Shown: positions 60,566 through 64,000 of the stretch, in pieces
Position numbering within the stretch: position 1 is the stretch's first letter
Layout: each line of letters opens with the position of its first letter
Translations under genes and position numbers: made by a program
The notes under the pieces: generated by a model
What the model was told of the DNA's origin: nothing
The model's input: the letters and a program-made list of their open reading frames with translations, nothing else
Databases searched by the model: none
From: Squalus acanthias
Lineage: Eukaryota
DNA: 64,000 nt
Assembly: GCA_030390025.1 (NCBI GenBank)
Contig: CM059432.1
Span: forward strand, 70,744,001 to 70,808,000
Direction: 5' to 3'

Positions 60566-60709
60566 CTTGGTACCTCCCACCTCTTATAGCTTGAAGTTAT
60601 TTTGAAATCATGACCCTTCTCCCATCCCATGCATATTTGGATTTATATACTATGAAATTACCTGTAGCATGTGTTGACAAAAATGTCCAGAACATAAAAG
60701 GGCAGTTAC

Positions 60710-60841
60710 CTTTTCTGTACTTCACTGTTCTGTTGTAAAACCAATGGACTATACTTCCAGCTTCATGTACAGTGGTCTCAACCAGTCCCGCTAATTCTTC
60801 CTGGTGGTGACCAGAATGTACTATGTCCCATTTTTGATGAT
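60710..60841 (-). other. PLAG1: Candidate PLAG1 5'-UTR exon containing a 17-aa uORF (60831-60778)
   Basis: Acceptor CCTTTTTAG at 60842, donor AAG|GTAAC at 60709, unique sequence, AAAATGG-initiated MGHSTFWSPPGRISGTG*. Resembles my unverified recollection of the mammalian PLAG1 leader. Confidence 0.65.
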
Positions 60842-61041
60842 CTAAAAAGGTATAATGTGAACTTAGAGTCTTCAGATAAGACTTATACCTAAAATTTTGG
60901 ATTAATTGAAATTAGTGAGCAAGCACTGTAATGAACATTTTAAAGTGAGTTTAACCCTAAATAAAAACTACTGAATCTCCCATGACATTGTTCATATTCA
61001 CAAGAAATATGCTGTTTTATGAAGAGAAGCAGCATGATAAT

Positions 61042-61689
61042 GGGCTGGATATTGCAGCCAGCGGCGAATGAACCGTTACACTTGCACTTGCCAATAGACT
61101 TTATGGAAGTTTGCACTGGAAGTTCCCGTCAGCCAATTATCGAGAAAGCTTGGCGCCTTCTACAGAGCATCTGGGACCTATGTGACCAGGACAAGCAACT
61201 GTGTATCTCTTTAACCAATCAGACTGAAGAATCGTAAATGAGCAAAACAGAGTCTGAAGCAGGAAGTGTCAGAGTAATGAATTTAATGTCAAATCAGGTA
61301 CAGAAAGCAAAATAATGAGGGGGAAAGAAAGATTGGATTATGAGAGAGAGCGATAAGAGACAGATTTATTTTAAATTTTTGTATTTTTAAAAATCTCCAA
61401 CAATAATTAAAATTTGAAGGAATGAGACTCCACACTTGTTACAGTTAATTTTCGGTGCCAGAGAGGTTGTTTGGCAGTAATTAAGACTTACCACACCATA
61501 TATATCAGATAAGTACAGCAGCGTGAAGTCTCTCGGCGAGATACCATTATCGCTCAGCTTTTGGAGGAGCAGGGCATCTCGGACAGCAACTTCCTGATTT
61601 ATGCATTTAACTGCACATGTGCAGTCGCTGGAAGTTGCTGTCCGATTTACACGTTGATAACGGTGAGTGCGGTTTGCTAAATCTGGCCC
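61042..61689. mobile_element. Probable Harbinger-type MITE
   Basis: Termini GGGCTGGATATT and (reverse complement) GGGCCAGATTT resemble the TIR at 672; internal inverted repeat CGGACAGCAACTTCC / GGAAGTTGCTGTCCG at ~61580-61645. Confidence 0.5.
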
Positions 61690-64000
61690 ATATTATAACA
61701 CACAGTGAACTATTCTGTTCCTAAAAAGCAACTTTGTATAACCTTTAAGGCCACAAGATTTAATTGCTGTAACATCATTGAGGTCAATTAGAAGCTAACT
61801 GTTCTTAGGAATATTCTGAGGGGAGTTAAAAAGCATTTTCTGTTGCTAGGGAAGTTTCTCGGTTATGTGGAAGTGATTGGCTTGCTTTCTCTTTAAAAAC
61901 TTTTTTTTTTTTACAGTTAAGGGCAGAGTATTCTGAATGCTAAATACTGTAACAGGAAAAAACCTTACCACTGAACAAATTACTTTGGCTAATAACCCAA
62001 CCTGCAAATTTAAGTCAAAAAGAAAATCTCAATTGTAATTTGAAGGTGCTACAATACCCTGAATCACATCACAAAGTACTAATGAGGGAGGCAAATTGGT
62101 CCCACTAGTTCATCCTTTCTTAGAAACCCATGATCCCCCATGTACACCATTTAATTGCCTCTTAAATTATTGCAGGCTTTGTCTCCACTATCCCAAGGCA
62201 TTCCAGCTACTGATCATGAAGTGCTTCCCAGCACAAGTCTTGAACGACCAGTTTATACCCATGTGTCCAGAATAGAAAAGGTACATTTGGAACAGTTAGT
62301 TGAACCACAACTCAAAGAAAAGGGAATGAACTAGGAGGAAATCTACCTCACCCTGAAAAAAATACAAACCTTTCACGTTTTGAAAAGTACATTGAAGTCT
62401 TATATTAGCTATCCTTAAAAATATTTCTTCATGAGCTAAATCATAGATTATATAGCATAGCTGCAGAATACTCTATGCCAGTTCATAATGTAATGTTAAC
62501 TTAACAAGCACTCAGTCCAAGAATAAAATGAATACAGCCTTTGTACAACAACATTAATATATTTCTAACCACACTGTTGCATTTTTGGGTCTTTTCTAAC
62601 CTTCTTACCCTGGATTATTTGGCCTCTAGTATCTTAGGTCACATCTGCGGGTGATTCCCAACGCCTCATATCTTCTAGAGTTTTTATTCTTGCCTTGAGA
62701 TGTAGGTAAACTTTTTGTAATGTGCCCAAGAAACAAACAGCAAATCCTGTCTATTGAATTGCTTTTAGCTACTCGGCATATCTTAAGATCAAACCTTGTT
62801 TTCAGTTTATAAAAAAAGATTAACATGTACATAAGTAACAGTAATATAATATAGTTGTATATTTACTTTAGGCATCCTTCTGCCTAACTCGAGCGAAAAC
62901 AATTAACAACTGCAACTCTAAGAACTAAGCTAATGCTTTAAAAATAACTGTGAAAGTACAGCATTTTTCTTGAATTTCTTATCACTGTTTCTTCAAAATT
63001 CAGTGATTTTTTTTCCCCAGGAGTTTCACACAAATTGGTTCACTTCAAACTGATTCTTCTGAAATTTTCAAACAGACTCTGATTTGAACAAAACCGTTCC
63101 TTTTTATATCCCAGGAAAGTGTTACCAGGATGCCCTGGATTTTGAATATCTTGCCACTCAAATTTAAAAAAGTAACAGTCAGTCACATTAAAGCTGAACC
63201 AATCACACAGCATTGTTTAAGTTTGAATTATTTCTCTGGCCAACAGAACTTGCAATATCATATCAATATAGGCTTGGTACAGGAATCTGAATTGTAGGTA
63301 GTTAAACTGCTATGCATTGTGACTGGATTTAAAAGGAACAGCCACCAAATCAAACTAGACAAATATCTTTATTTTGTCACACATACCAATCAGTACTGCA
63401 TTTTTAAGGTCATACTACTATACAATGCCATTTAAAAGTGTGGTTAAATTCTCTTTAAATTGAAGCAGATTTGCTTTTACCCAAGTAATGCTTTGATAGC
63501 TTTAAAAAAAAATCACTGTGCTGCAATTTTAAAGACTGTATTGTTCTTTAAAATGAACTTATTCCTGATATTTAGGTCATATAGAAACAATCCTATGGGA
63601 TTGCATCAGATGCACTTCCTCACTTCCTATTTCCCCCTCTCTGTGAAAAGTCACATTGTGCAACTCAAATTGTAAAAATGTACAACTTCATGCATTTCTA
63701 CAAGTTAGTCTGCAGCTGCCAAAGCCACACTGAGAAAACAAGAACAAGGAATTGGTCAATGGCACACATCTTAAAAACAGGTTTAATCTTCATTAAAAGT
63801 GAATTAAAAAAACTTGTTGCAGGGATGAATGATGCTAACAAAGCCACATTTATTTTCTATCCCCAGCTGCCTTGCAAGGATGTTGGTGAGCCTTCTCCTA
63901 AACTGCTGCAGTCTTTGTGGTGTTAGGTAGGACATTACAAAATTTTGACCCAGCAACAATGAAGGAATGGTATAGTATTCCCATGAGTTTGTTGCTCTTC

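Overview
Vertebrate genomic DNA, most likely from a cartilaginous fish (inferred only from the repeat families). It carries two host genes on the minus strand in the MOS-PLAG1 order known from mammals. MOS is intronless (CDS 11204-12202). PLAG1 has coding exons 53356-53597 and 37788-39051 (501 aa), a candidate 5'-UTR exon at 60710-60841 and a probable ~8.7 kb 3' UTR. About half of the window is transposon-derived: CR1 (one near full length with an esterase ORF1), L2, L1-Tx1 and RTE LINE pieces, a tRNA-headed single-ORF LINE, PIF/Harbinger elements and MITEs, a hAT MITE, two solo LTRs, a pol-less LTR/ERV-like element in the last PLAG1 intron, and three Penelope-like insertions. Main observations: (1) five minimal hammerhead-ribozyme motifs in the Penelope-like elements, two of them sense to the PLAG1 pre-mRNA; (2) a set of uORFs in the PLAG1 leader, including a 38-aa ORF overlapping the main ATG; (3) the LTR element with a coiled-coil ORF and decayed fusion-protein-like env but no pol; (4) a PBE-CPE-hexamer arrangement in the MOS 3' UTR; (5) a complex template-switch scar at 47.6-48.1 kb. 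All calls were made by eye, with no database searches.
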